64,000 bases of DNA from Dehalococcoidia bacterium (lineage in GTDB: Bacteria > Chloroflexota > Dehalococcoidia > Bin125). Under the pieces are notes generated by a model. The model was not told where the DNA came from and did no database searches. It saw only the letters and a list, made by a program, of their open reading frames with translations. Where the stretch lies: NCBI GenBank assembly GCA_965218115.1, contig OZ244584.1, forward strand, positions 2,183,547 to 2,247,546. The letters are read 5' to 3'. This document shows, one piece after another, positions 27,233 to 35,600 of this stretch. Every line of letters starts with the position of its first letter. Position 1 is the stretch's first letter. The translations under genes and the position numbers were made by a program.

Positions 27233-27661
27233 GTGACTGAAATCCGCGAGTACCGCAAGGCCACCCGCTGCGAACGCGGTGGACGCCTGTGGCGCTGCCG
27301 ACGCCCACTCGCCGGCCAGTGCCAGTACTGCGCGCTCGGCTTCTGCAACAGGCATGGCGTGCTGCGTGACGACGGTCAGCAGATCTGCAGCGCCTCCACC
27401 TGCCAGCTTAAAATTCGCGACGTCGAAGCCCACCTGATCTTCAAGACCGCCGCCGCCCAACACAACGCCGAGGGTCGCTGCGGGATGCCCGACTGCGACG
27501 CTGCGCACATCCACGACTGCGAGCGCTGCCAGCGCCGCTTCTGCCTCGCCCACCTGGTGCAGGCCGTCATCACCGTCGTCCGCGGCACGGAGCGCGCGAT
27601 CGAGGCCGTCCGCATGTGCCACCACTGCCACCAACGCCTGGCACTCTGGACCGACAACTAA
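27233..27661 (+). CDS. Cys/His-rich protein with two tandem zinc-finger-like modules
   Basis: 142 aa from GTG 27233 (GGAG 10 nt upstream). Contains 15 Cys, with the repeated core C-x2-C-x4-C-x2-H (CQYCALGFCNRH and CERCQRRFCLAH) plus CHHCH. Confidence 0.65.
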   Translation: MTEIREYRKATRCERGGRLWRCRRPLAGQCQYCALGFCNRHGVLRDDGQQICSASTCQLKIRDVEAHLIFKTAAAQHNAEGRCGMPDCDAAHIHDCERCQRRFCLAHLVQAVITVVRGTERAIEAVRMCHHCHQRLALWTDN

Positions 27662-27683
27662 CTCCCTCCGCTGCGCCCGCCCC

Positions 27684-27707
27684 GTGTTACGCTCCGTGCT
27701 ACGCTCC
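27684..27707 (+). repeat. tandem 12-nt direct repeat upstream of the HTH gene
   Basis: GTGTTACGCTCC GTGCTACGCTCC (11/12 identical), ending 22 nt before the GTG at 27730. Confidence 0.9.
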
Positions 27708-27729
27708 GACCAGAACAGGAGTCCTACCG

Positions 27730-28230
27730 GTGACCATCTCAGCCCGGCGACGCAGCCGCATCCTCAAGGCTCACGCACTCCGCCAGAACGGTGACTCGCT
27801 GCGCAGCATCGCGACCGCACTCAACGTCTCCCGCGTCACGGTTCTGGCCGACCTCCGCCTGCTCGAGACCGACCGGTCCGCAGTCGCCGATGCCCTCGCC
27901 GACGATCTGCTGCTCGAACTGCTCACGCTCCTCCAGGCCCGACTCCACCGACTCACCAGCACCGGACCGCCCCTGCCGCTCGAGCACATCCCCGTCGTCA
28001 GCGATCAGGGCGAGCGGACCCCCGTCGTCGAAGCGCGACCGGCAGCCCGAGCTGTCGCCCGGCTCATCGCCAGCCACGACAACGCGATCGCCGCCACGCT
28101 GCAGGAAATCCGCCAGACCATCCGCGAAATCGAGCGCGCCGCACGCGGGCCGGTCGCGCGCACCAACACCCACTCCGACTTCGGCGACAATCAACTCACC
28201 GACGCGCCACCGCCCGGAGCCTTCCGCTAG
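27730..28230 (+). CDS. putative DNA-binding protein with N-terminal Hin/sigma-region-4-like HTH
   Basis: VTISARRRSRILKAHALRQNGDSLRSIATALNVSRVTVLADLRLLE. GTG at 27730, 8 nt after AGGAG. The remainder is helical and of unknown function. Confidence 0.65.
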   Translation: MTISARRRSRILKAHALRQNGDSLRSIATALNVSRVTVLADLRLLETDRSAVADALADDLLLELLTLLQARLHRLTSTGPPLPLEHIPVVSDQGERTPVVEARPAARAVARLIASHDNAIAATLQEIRQTIREIERAARGPVARTNTHSDFGDNQLTDAPPPGAFR

Positions 28231-28272
28231 CCGAACACCACTGAACAAGCTCAACCAACCCTGAACAGCCCG

Positions 28273-28782
28273 TCAGGCGCCGCCCTCAGCCCTCGCGTCG
28301 CCCAGCTCCCGCCAGCGCCGCAAGATTGCCCGATCATGCGCGAAGCTGCCCTCAACCTCCTCGGGACGCCGCCAGCCCACATCGATCGCCTCCGGACCCG
28401 CCGCCAGGGTCCCGCCCACCACCCGCGCGCGCCACACCAGCAGCACCACCGGATCCCCGCCGCCCGACCAGACCCCCAACAGCTCACCCAGCTCAACCCT
28501 CAGCCCGGTCTCCTCCCACACCTCCCGACGCGCCGCGTCCCGCACATCCTCGCCCGCATCGACAAACCCGCTCGGCCACGCCCAGCGGCCGATCTGCGGC
28601 TCATGAGCGCGCTGCACATAGAGCAGCCGGCCGGCCCCGTCCTCGACCAACACCACCGCCGCCAACTTCGGATCCAGATAGTGAACGAACTCGCACGAGC
28701 CGCACCAGCGCCGCCCGTCGTCGCGGCCTTGCAGCCGCAGCTCCGCCCCGCAGCTCGGACAGAATCGCGGCGCACCAGGCAT
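28273..28782 (-). CDS. NUDIX hydrolase with N-terminal C4 zinc ribbon (NudC-like core)
   Basis: FCPSCGAELRLQGRDDGRRWCGSCEF gives C-x2-C-x14-C-x2-C. NUDIX box GFVDAGEDVRDAARREVWEETGL. ATG at 28782. Confidence 0.85.
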   Translation of the reverse strand: MPGAPRFCPSCGAELRLQGRDDGRRWCGSCEFVHYLDPKLAAVVLVEDGAGRLLYVQRAHEPQIGRWAWPSGFVDAGEDVRDAARREVWEETGLRVELGELLGVWSGGGDPVVLLVWRARVVGGTLAAGPEAIDVGWRRPEEVEGSFAHDRAILRRWRELGDARAEGGA

Positions 28783-28801
28783 AGCGGGCCGGATTCGCGT
28801 G

Positions 28802-29560
28802 CTAGAAGCCCAGCGAGACCCGCTCGAACCGCTCGTAGAACCGGCCGTCGGGCGAGCGCCACCGATCGCGCACGTTCTCGATGAAGTCCTCGCCGCGCTC
28901 GCCGAACTGCGACACATGCCGCGTGAGCGCGCGAATCTTCGTGTCCAGCACGTCCGTCACATCGACCTCATAGTTCACATCGCCGCTGCCCCAGATGAAC
29001 ATCTCCGCCACGTTGTGCGTCTCCAGCCCCTCCGCCAGATGCTCAGGGAAGTTCAGCCGGTCGCGCGCCGTCGGGTAGACCGAGTCGATCGCCATCTCAC
29101 CCGTGCGCCGATGATCGCGATGGTTCACAAACCCGCGGAAATCCGCCAGCGGATCCTCCGGGTCCGGCTCAATCACCCGGCGGTGAATGATGTCCGGCGA
29201 ATGCGTGAAGATCGCATGCGGCTTGACCAGCCGGATCGTCCGCACGATCCCGCCCAGATACTCCCGCGTGTACTCCAGCTCGCCGTCCTCGCCGCCCAGG
29301 AAGGTGCAGGTCAGCACGCCCAGCTCGGTCGCTGCGTTGCGCTGCTCCTGCTCGCGCATCGGCACCAGCCGCTCGCTCGTCATCTCCAGGTCAGCGGTGC
29401 CCTTCGCGCCGTTCGTGACCACCAGATAATGCATCTGCCAGCCCGCGAGCGTCCAGGCCGCAGCGGTCCCGCCCGCGCCGAAATCCGGATCGTCCGGATG
29501 CGCGGCGATCACCAGGCCAACCTTGTTCTCGGTCTCGGGCGGCTGGTGTCCGGTGCTCAT
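28802..29560 (-). CDS. PIG-L/LmbE-family N-acetylglucosaminyl deacetylase-like protein
   Basis: VGLVIAAHPDDPDFGAGGTAAAW...VVTNGAKGT and HRDHRRTG are PIG-L hallmarks. ATG at 29560 is preceded by GAGGAG. Confidence 0.85.
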   Translation of the reverse strand: MSTGHQPPETENKVGLVIAAHPDDPDFGAGGTAAAWTLAGWQMHYLVVTNGAKGTADLEMTSERLVPMREQEQRNAATELGVLTCTFLGGEDGELEYTREYLGGIVRTIRLVKPHAIFTHSPDIIHRRVIEPDPEDPLADFRGFVNHRDHRRTGEMAIDSVYPTARDRLNFPEHLAEGLETHNVAEMFIWGSGDVNYEVDVTDVLDTKIRALTRHVSQFGERGEDFIENVRDRWRSPDGRFYERFERVSLGF

Positions 29561-29630
29561 GGCGGCGCGCTCCTCAATCAGATCAACTCTCGTAGAATCG
29601 CAAGAAAGTGTGCAATGCGCAGCATCGCGG

Positions 29631-29659
29631 TTGACAGGAACGCGACGAGTCTTCATAGT
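29631..29659 (+). promoter_or_regulatory. sigma70-like promoter of lexA (TTGACA-17 nt-CATAGT)
   Basis: TTGACA at 29631-29636, a 17-nt spacer, and CATAGT at 29654-29659. The SOS box lies 14 nt downstream. Confidence 0.5.
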
Positions 29660-29672
29660 GAGGTCAGCGGTA

Positions 29673-29684
29673 GAACCCCCGTTC
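29673..29684. promoter_or_regulatory. LexA operator (Cheo-type SOS box GAAC-N4-GTTC)
   Basis: taGAACccccGTTCcg lies 56 nt upstream of lexA, just after the candidate -10. It matches the GAAC-N4-GTTC core used by LexA of Gram-positive-type lineages. Confidence 0.65.
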
Positions 29685-29739
29685 CGCGCACGCGTGCGAC
29701 GCCTTTCGAACGGTCAGCACCGCTGATGGGAGTCACACG

Positions 29740-30429
29740 ATGGCTAACACCGAAACCACCGCCGCTGCGCAGCCCCGCGCCCGATCCGACAAGCCCGCCC
29801 GCATCCTCACCTTCCTGCGTCACTACGTGCAGGAGCACGGCTACCCGCCCTCCGTCCGCGATGTCGTCTCCGGCTGCAAGCTCTCCTCCACCTCCGTGGC
29901 CGATTACAACCTGCGCATCCTCGAGCGCCAGGGCCACATCACCCGCGATTCCGAGCGCGCCCGCACGATCGTCCTGACCCAACCGGTCAGCCCGCCCGCA
30001 CCCGTGCTCGAGGTCGAGCCGCTGCAGATCCCCCTGCTCGGCGCCATCGCCGCCGGTACCCGCGTGGTCGCGCCCGACGGCGCCGACGCCGCGCATGCCG
30101 ATGACCACCTGCAGGTCACGCCCGACATGCTCGGCGGCCGCGACCCCGCCAGCCTCTTCGCCGTCACCGTCCGCGGCGACTCGATGATCGACGCCCTGAT
30201 CGCCGACGGCGACACCGTCATCTTCGAGTCAACGACCATCGTCGAAACCGGCCAGATGGCGGCCTTCTGGCTCCGCGACGAGAACATCACCACGCTTAAG
30301 CGCTTCTTCCGCGAGGGCGACCGCGTTCGCCTGCAGCCCGAAAACCCAAATATGGACGCGATCTTCACCGAGCCCGGGAACCTCCAGGTGCAGGGCCGCG
30401 TGGTCTCGGTCCTCCGCCAACCCAACTGA
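29740..30429 (+). CDS. lexA: LexA repressor
   Basis: Winged-helix N-terminus (ILTFLRHYVQEHGYPPSVRDV), an Ala-Gly cleavage site (GAIAAGT), and the S24 peptidase motifs GDSM and TLKRF. Confidence 0.95.
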   Translation: MANTETTAAAQPRARSDKPARILTFLRHYVQEHGYPPSVRDVVSGCKLSSTSVADYNLRILERQGHITRDSERARTIVLTQPVSPPAPVLEVEPLQIPLLGAIAAGTRVVAPDGADAAHADDHLQVTPDMLGGRDPASLFAVTVRGDSMIDALIADGDTVIFESTTIVETGQMAAFWLRDENITTLKRFFREGDRVRLQPENPNMDAIFTEPGNLQVQGRVVSVLRQPN

Positions 30430-30561
30430 CGCGTCGGCTCAGGCCGAGTCGCCGGCGGTCGCGACGCCCGACGTTTCTATACTGATCGCGCGCCCAGATG
30501 ATGTCCACGTGACGTCAACACGGCGTCCACATGGCCGCCCATTCGCCCCTCCCGGAGCGCC

Positions 30562-31548
30562 GTGCCGCCCGTCCTCACCGTCGAAGACCTGAGCGTCGAA
30601 TATCGCACCCGCGAAGGGCCCGTCCGCGCCGTTCGCCACGCATCGCTGAGCATCGAGCGCGGCGAAACCCTCGCCCTCGTCGGAGAGAGCGGCTCCGGCA
30701 AGACCACCCTCGGCCTCAGCATCCTGCGCATCCTGCCCCGCTCCGCTGCCGTCACCTCCGGTCGCATCCTCTTCGAACGCCAGGATGTCAGCCAGCTCGA
30801 CCGCGACGAACTCCGCAAGGTCCGCGGCGACCAGATCTCGATGATCTTTCAGGACCCGATCGCCGGCCTCAACCCGATCATCCCCGTCGGCGACCAGGTC
30901 GAGGAGGTCATCACCTCCCACCGTTCCGTGACCAAGGAAGACGCCCGCGAGCTCGCGCTCGACGCGCTCGCCCAGATGCGTCTGCCCGACCCACGACGCA
31001 TCGCCAAGTCCTTCCCCGGTGAACTCTCCGGCGGCATGTGTCAGCGGATCATGATCGCCATCGCCACCACGCTCGATCCCAAGCTGCTCATCGCCGACGA
31101 GCCCACCGCCTCGCTCGACGTCACCATCCAGGCCCAGATCCTCTACGAACTCGAGCGCCTCCGCTCGGAGCGCGGCACCGCCATCCTGCTGATCACCCAC
31201 GACATGGGCGTCGTCGCCCAGATCGCCGAGCGCGTCGCCGTCGTCTATGCCGGCGCCGTCGTTGAGGTCGACGACATCGTCCCGCTCTTCAAGACCCCTC
31301 GCCATCCCTACACCTGGTCGCTGCTCGACACCCTTCCGCGCCTCGACCGACGCCGCCGCTCGCGACTGCGCCAGATCCCCGGGGGCCCGCCCGATCTCTC
31401 CGAGGTCGACGAACACTGCTCGTTCCTGCCGCGGTGCCCCAAGGCCCTCACCCAGTGCCGACTCGAAGCGGAGCCCCTGCTCGCCTCCCTCGCCGACGGC
31501 GGCCCGCGTCACGCCGTCGCCTGCTACAACCCCGTCGAACGCGTCTAA
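30562..31548 (+). CDS. ABC transporter ATP-binding protein (DppD/OppD type with oligopeptide C-terminal domain)
   Basis: Walker A GESGSGKT, signature LSGGMCQR, Walker B LLIADEPT, and a C-terminal PRHPYTWSLL...CSFLPRCPKALTQC. GTG at 30562 follows GGAG. Confidence 0.93.
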   Translation: MPPVLTVEDLSVEYRTREGPVRAVRHASLSIERGETLALVGESGSGKTTLGLSILRILPRSAAVTSGRILFERQDVSQLDRDELRKVRGDQISMIFQDPIAGLNPIIPVGDQVEEVITSHRSVTKEDARELALDALAQMRLPDPRRIAKSFPGELSGGMCQRIMIAIATTLDPKLLIADEPTASLDVTIQAQILYELERLRSERGTAILLITHDMGVVAQIAERVAVVYAGAVVEVDDIVPLFKTPRHPYTWSLLDTLPRLDRRRRSRLRQIPGGPPDLSEVDEHCSFLPRCPKALTQCRLEAEPLLASLADGGPRHAVACYNPVERV

Positions 31549-31602
31549 TCCCCGCTATCCGGCTGCGCCGAGCGATCTGTTGCAACGCAACTGAGCGTCG
31601 CC

Positions 31603-32583
31603 CTACCTCGCCCCCGCCAGATCCGCGACCAACAGCTCCACCGCCAGATCGTCCGGCAGCCCGCCGTCGTCGCGCCGATACGCGATGATCGCCGCGTCCG
31701 CCTCCAGAATCCGCTCCAGCGCCCGGTCCGCCTGCTCCGGCCGATAGGCCCGCGCCTGATTCCGCAGCCGGCGCGCCAGCCAGGCCGGCGAGCCCAGCGC
31801 CGTCGCGATCTCGTTCTGGTCCCCGCCCTGCTCGATCACCTCGCAGGCCACCACGATCTGCCGATACGTCCGCGCCAGCATGTGCAGAATCCGCGGCGAG
31901 TCCTCGCCCGACGCCCGCACGTCGTCCAGCGCCCGCATCGCGTCCGCCAGCCGACGCTCCGCCACCGCGTCGAGCAGATCGAAGATCCGCACGTTGCGCA
32001 GCCGCGGCACGAGCAGGTCCACCACCTCCTCGTCGACGCTCGCCTCGCCCGCGTAGAGCGACAGCTTCTCAACCGCCCCGGTCAGGACGCCGCGGTCGCC
32101 CGCCGCCCGCTCCACCAGCGCAGCCGCCGCCCCGCGCGTGAGCTGCAAGCCTCGCTCGCGGACCTGTTCGCGCAGCCAGCCCAGCGCCTCCTGCTCGCGC
32201 AGCGGCGCGAACTCCCGCACCTCGCCGACCGCCTCGATCTGTGCGCGGATCGGATTCCGCGCGTTCACCGCGTCGTCCGTGAACACCAGCAGCGTCGTTG
32301 GCGGCAGGCTCGTCAGCGCGTCGCCGAGCCCCTCCCACTCCCCCAACCCGCGCCGCCCACCGCGCTGAAAGCGGCCGCATAGCCCGTCGACCCGCACCAG
32401 CCGCCAGGAGCCCAGAAAGGGAGCGGCCACCAGCGCCGCGCGCAGCTGCTCCAGCCGCAACCGCGCCGCGTCGAACTGCACCGTGTTGTTGACCAGCGAG
32501 CCGTCCTCGTCATACCGCCGGCGCAGCTCGTTCAGCGCCTCAATCCGCGCAAAGCGGTCGTCTCCGCACAGCAACAGAATCAT
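31603..32583 (-). CDS. holA: DNA polymerase III subunit delta
   Basis: MILLLCGDDRFARIEAL..., LEQLRAALVAAPFLGSWRLVRV, GAVEKLSLYAG, IFDLLDAVAERR...SGEDSPRILHMLARTYRQI follow the HolA pattern. ATG at 32583. Confidence 0.85.
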   Translation of the reverse strand: MILLLCGDDRFARIEALNELRRRYDEDGSLVNNTVQFDAARLRLEQLRAALVAAPFLGSWRLVRVDGLCGRFQRGGRRGLGEWEGLGDALTSLPPTTLLVFTDDAVNARNPIRAQIEAVGEVREFAPLREQEALGWLREQVRERGLQLTRGAAAALVERAAGDRGVLTGAVEKLSLYAGEASVDEEVVDLLVPRLRNVRIFDLLDAVAERRLADAMRALDDVRASGEDSPRILHMLARTYRQIVVACEVIEQGGDQNEIATALGSPAWLARRLRNQARAYRPEQADRALERILEADAAIIAYRRDDGGLPDDLAVELLVADLAGAR

Positions 32584-32697
32584 GCCCGCTGCCCCCGCGT
32601 CGCTCGAGCGCCGCCCCATGGCGCGGCGCGGTCAAGCTACTTAGAGCCCACTCAGGGCAGTTGATAATTCGGTGAATCACGGGGATCGAACCGCCGC

Positions 32698-35600
32698 TCA
32701 GGACCCGCCGGTGGCGACGATCCAGGTGACAGGCTCCGTGACGTTGACCCAATACTCAGCGCCCAGCCGCAGCGTTGCGAGCGTGCGAAGGCCCGGAACC
32801 GCCTGCGCGCGCGGACTCGTCACGTAGATCCGCCACGCCTCCGCGTCCCAGTCCCAGGTGAAGACGTGGGTGACCTTGTCGAAGATGTCGTTGGCGGCGG
32901 GGTCGCCAACGCCCCGCAGGGCATCGGCGATCGAAATGCCCTCGAGACCAGGCCACGGGATCGGGTCCGTCGGGTCGCCGGGCCGCAGTTCGATGTGCGT
33001 CACGGCCGACGGCGGCGGCCCGATCTCGACTCGGTAGACACGCCTCCGACTGCCGTCCTCAGAGGTCACCGTGATGGTTACCTCCGCCCCGCTCGTCACG
33101 TCGATCTGGTTGGCGTTGTCCGTCTCGCGAGTCGCGTCGCCCGCCTCGATCACGACGGTTGCGCCAGGCTGGGCGGCACGCGCCTCGATGGTCGTCTCCG
33201 TGACACCCGCGCCGGCGACGCCCACGTACTCGGTCTGGTAGCTGTCGAACTCACCGATCTCGACGTCGCTCAGCGCGAGTGAGGCGAGCCGCGGGTCGAT
33301 CGCGTCGGGCAGGTTGTAGGTGTAGACGTGGTCGTCCTGCTCGTCGACGACGAAGACGACCTCGCCGTCGGACCAGATCCCCCGCGGAGCCCCGTTGCCC
33401 GCCTTGAGCAACGGTCGGAAGCTGAATTCTTCCTCCTCGATCCGGGTGAGGGCGTCGCCCTCGACGCGATAGGCGAACAGGCGCTTGGCGCCGTCGTCGG
33501 AGACCCAGATCGTGACGCCGTCGGACCAGATCCCCCGCGGACTGCGATTGAGTCTGTCGAGGGCGTACTCAGCGAGCAGCTCGCCGCTCGCAACGTCATA
33601 GGCGAAGAGCGAGCGCTTGACGCTGTCGAGCACGTACCAGATCACACGATCGGACCAGATCCCGCGCGGGTCGCGGTTTCGCTCATCGAGTTCGAGGTCG
33701 CGATCGACCAGACGCTCGCCGCCGGCCAGGTCGTAGGCGAAGAGCCGGTCCTGTCCGCTGTCGGCGACCCACAACGTCTCGCGGTCCGACCAGACACCGT
33801 GCGAGAAGCGGTTGCGTGAGTCAAGCGCGAACTCATGCCCCGGTCGACGCTCGCCGCTCTCGAGGTCGTAGGCGAAGAGCGCGTCGGCGCCGCCCGCCGA
33901 GTTCTCGATCACCCAGAGCGTCTCGCCATTCGACCACAGGCCGGTCGGCAGGTCGTTATCGTCGTCCAGCGACTCGATGTCGCGCGTCACGTTCCACTCG
34001 AAGTCGACCTCCGACGGGATCGGAACCGGCGGCGGCCCGCCTCCACCCCCGCCTCCACCACCGCCCCCGCGACTGACAACCTGCGCCACGACGCGAATCA
34101 TGACGTCGACGCTGGCGCTCCGGCCGGACCGATCCGTGGCGGTGACCGTCACCTCATGGGTCTCCCCCAGCGCCAGCGGATCGTTGGTCAGCACCTGCCC
34201 CGACGCTGCGTCGATCGTGAACGATCCAGCGTCTGGCCCACCCAGCAGGTAGCTCAACACGTCGTCGATGTCAGGATCCGCGGCCGCTACCGGACTGCCA
34301 ACCGGCCGCTCGCTCGCATCGCCCGCCAGGACCTCCCGCGTCTCGCTGCCCGGAGGGAACTCCGGCGGCTCATTCACATCGTTCACCGTGACGATCACCG
34401 TCAGCGTGTCAGTCTCCAGAGACGGATCGCTCGCCGTCACGCTGAACGTGTAGGCGTCGCGCCCCTCGTGGTCGAGCGGCTCCTTCGTCCGTAGCTGCAT
34501 CCCGTTCGCCGATTCGATCAGCTCGAAGATTGCGGCGCCTCCGCCCGACCAGCGATAGGTCAGCGGATGGTTGTCGGGATCCAGCGCCGACACCATCGCG
34601 CCGATGTTGCGGCCTGCCGGCGTGTTCTCATCCACACTGCGCTCGCCGCTCTCCGTGTCGGGAAACGCGGGGGCGCGGTTCATGAGCGGGGCGGCGTGCA
34701 CCGAACGCGGGGCGAGCACCTGCACCGACTTCCCCGGCCCCTGGCCATCGGTGTACGAGGTGGTCACCCTCAGGTCGCTGCCCAGATCGCCGTCGCCCGG
34801 CGCGTAGCTGCCTGAGACGGCGCCGACGATCGGGCTCCAGATGCTCCCGCCCGAAACGCGGCGCTCCCACAACCAGCCGATGCTCCGCGTGCTCCCGTCG
34901 GGATCAGACAGCGTCGCTGTCAGCGGGGTGCCGACCTGGGGCTGCCGCGACGAGAATGTGAGCGCGCCGTCTTCATCCTCGTTGATGATCCGAATTGTCA
35001 CGTCGGTGACAGCGGATTTGCCCGACGTGTCGGCGGCGGTCACCGTCACTCGGTAGCTCGACCTGCGCTCGTAGTCCAGCGCGCCGCGGGTGAGCAGCTG
35101 GCCGGAGTCCGCGGCGATCTCGAACGACTCCGCGTCGGCGCCGCCCAGCATGTAGCTCAGCTCGTCACCGTCGGCGTCGGTGGCCTCCACCGGCTCGCCG
35201 ATGTTCACGCCCGGCCCGCTGTTCTCGGCCACCGATCGCTCCGGACGGGGGCCGGCCGGAAACGCCGGCGCCTGGTTCTCGGCGATCCGGAGGATCTGGT
35301 CGTTCCCACCGCCATTCGAGGTCGTCACGTAGAGCGCGCCGTCCGGGCCCATCATCGGCGTCCGCAATCGGCCGTACCGACCGTCGAGTTCGGCCACAAT
35401 GACCTGGCTCACCAACGCGCCGTCCCGATCGAACTCGAAGAGCCGTAGCTTGCTGTCCTTCAGGGTGGCGACCGCCAGCCAGCCCTCCCAGACCCCCCAG
35501 TGGGCGCCCTCGAGGAATATGGCGCCGCTGGGCGCCAGGGTCGGGGATCCGGACGACCACCTGGCCTCGACGGCGCCCGGAAACTTCACCAGATCAGTCA

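Noticed and set aside
27730-28230. HTH protein as a phage terminase small subunit or prophage remnant.
   Set aside because: The N-terminal HTH plus helical tail is compatible with that reading. However, there is no terminase large subunit, portal, capsid, integrase or att-like repeat anywhere nearby.
32672-32697. tRNA-like string GGTTCGATCCCCGTGATTCACC (minus strand) directly after the giant gene's stop codon.
   Set aside because: Only a T-loop/acceptor-like 3' fragment is present. The putative T-stem pairs at 3 of 5 positions. The remainder would lie inside the coding region, and no cloverleaf can be drawn. At most it is a relic, mentioned under genomic context.
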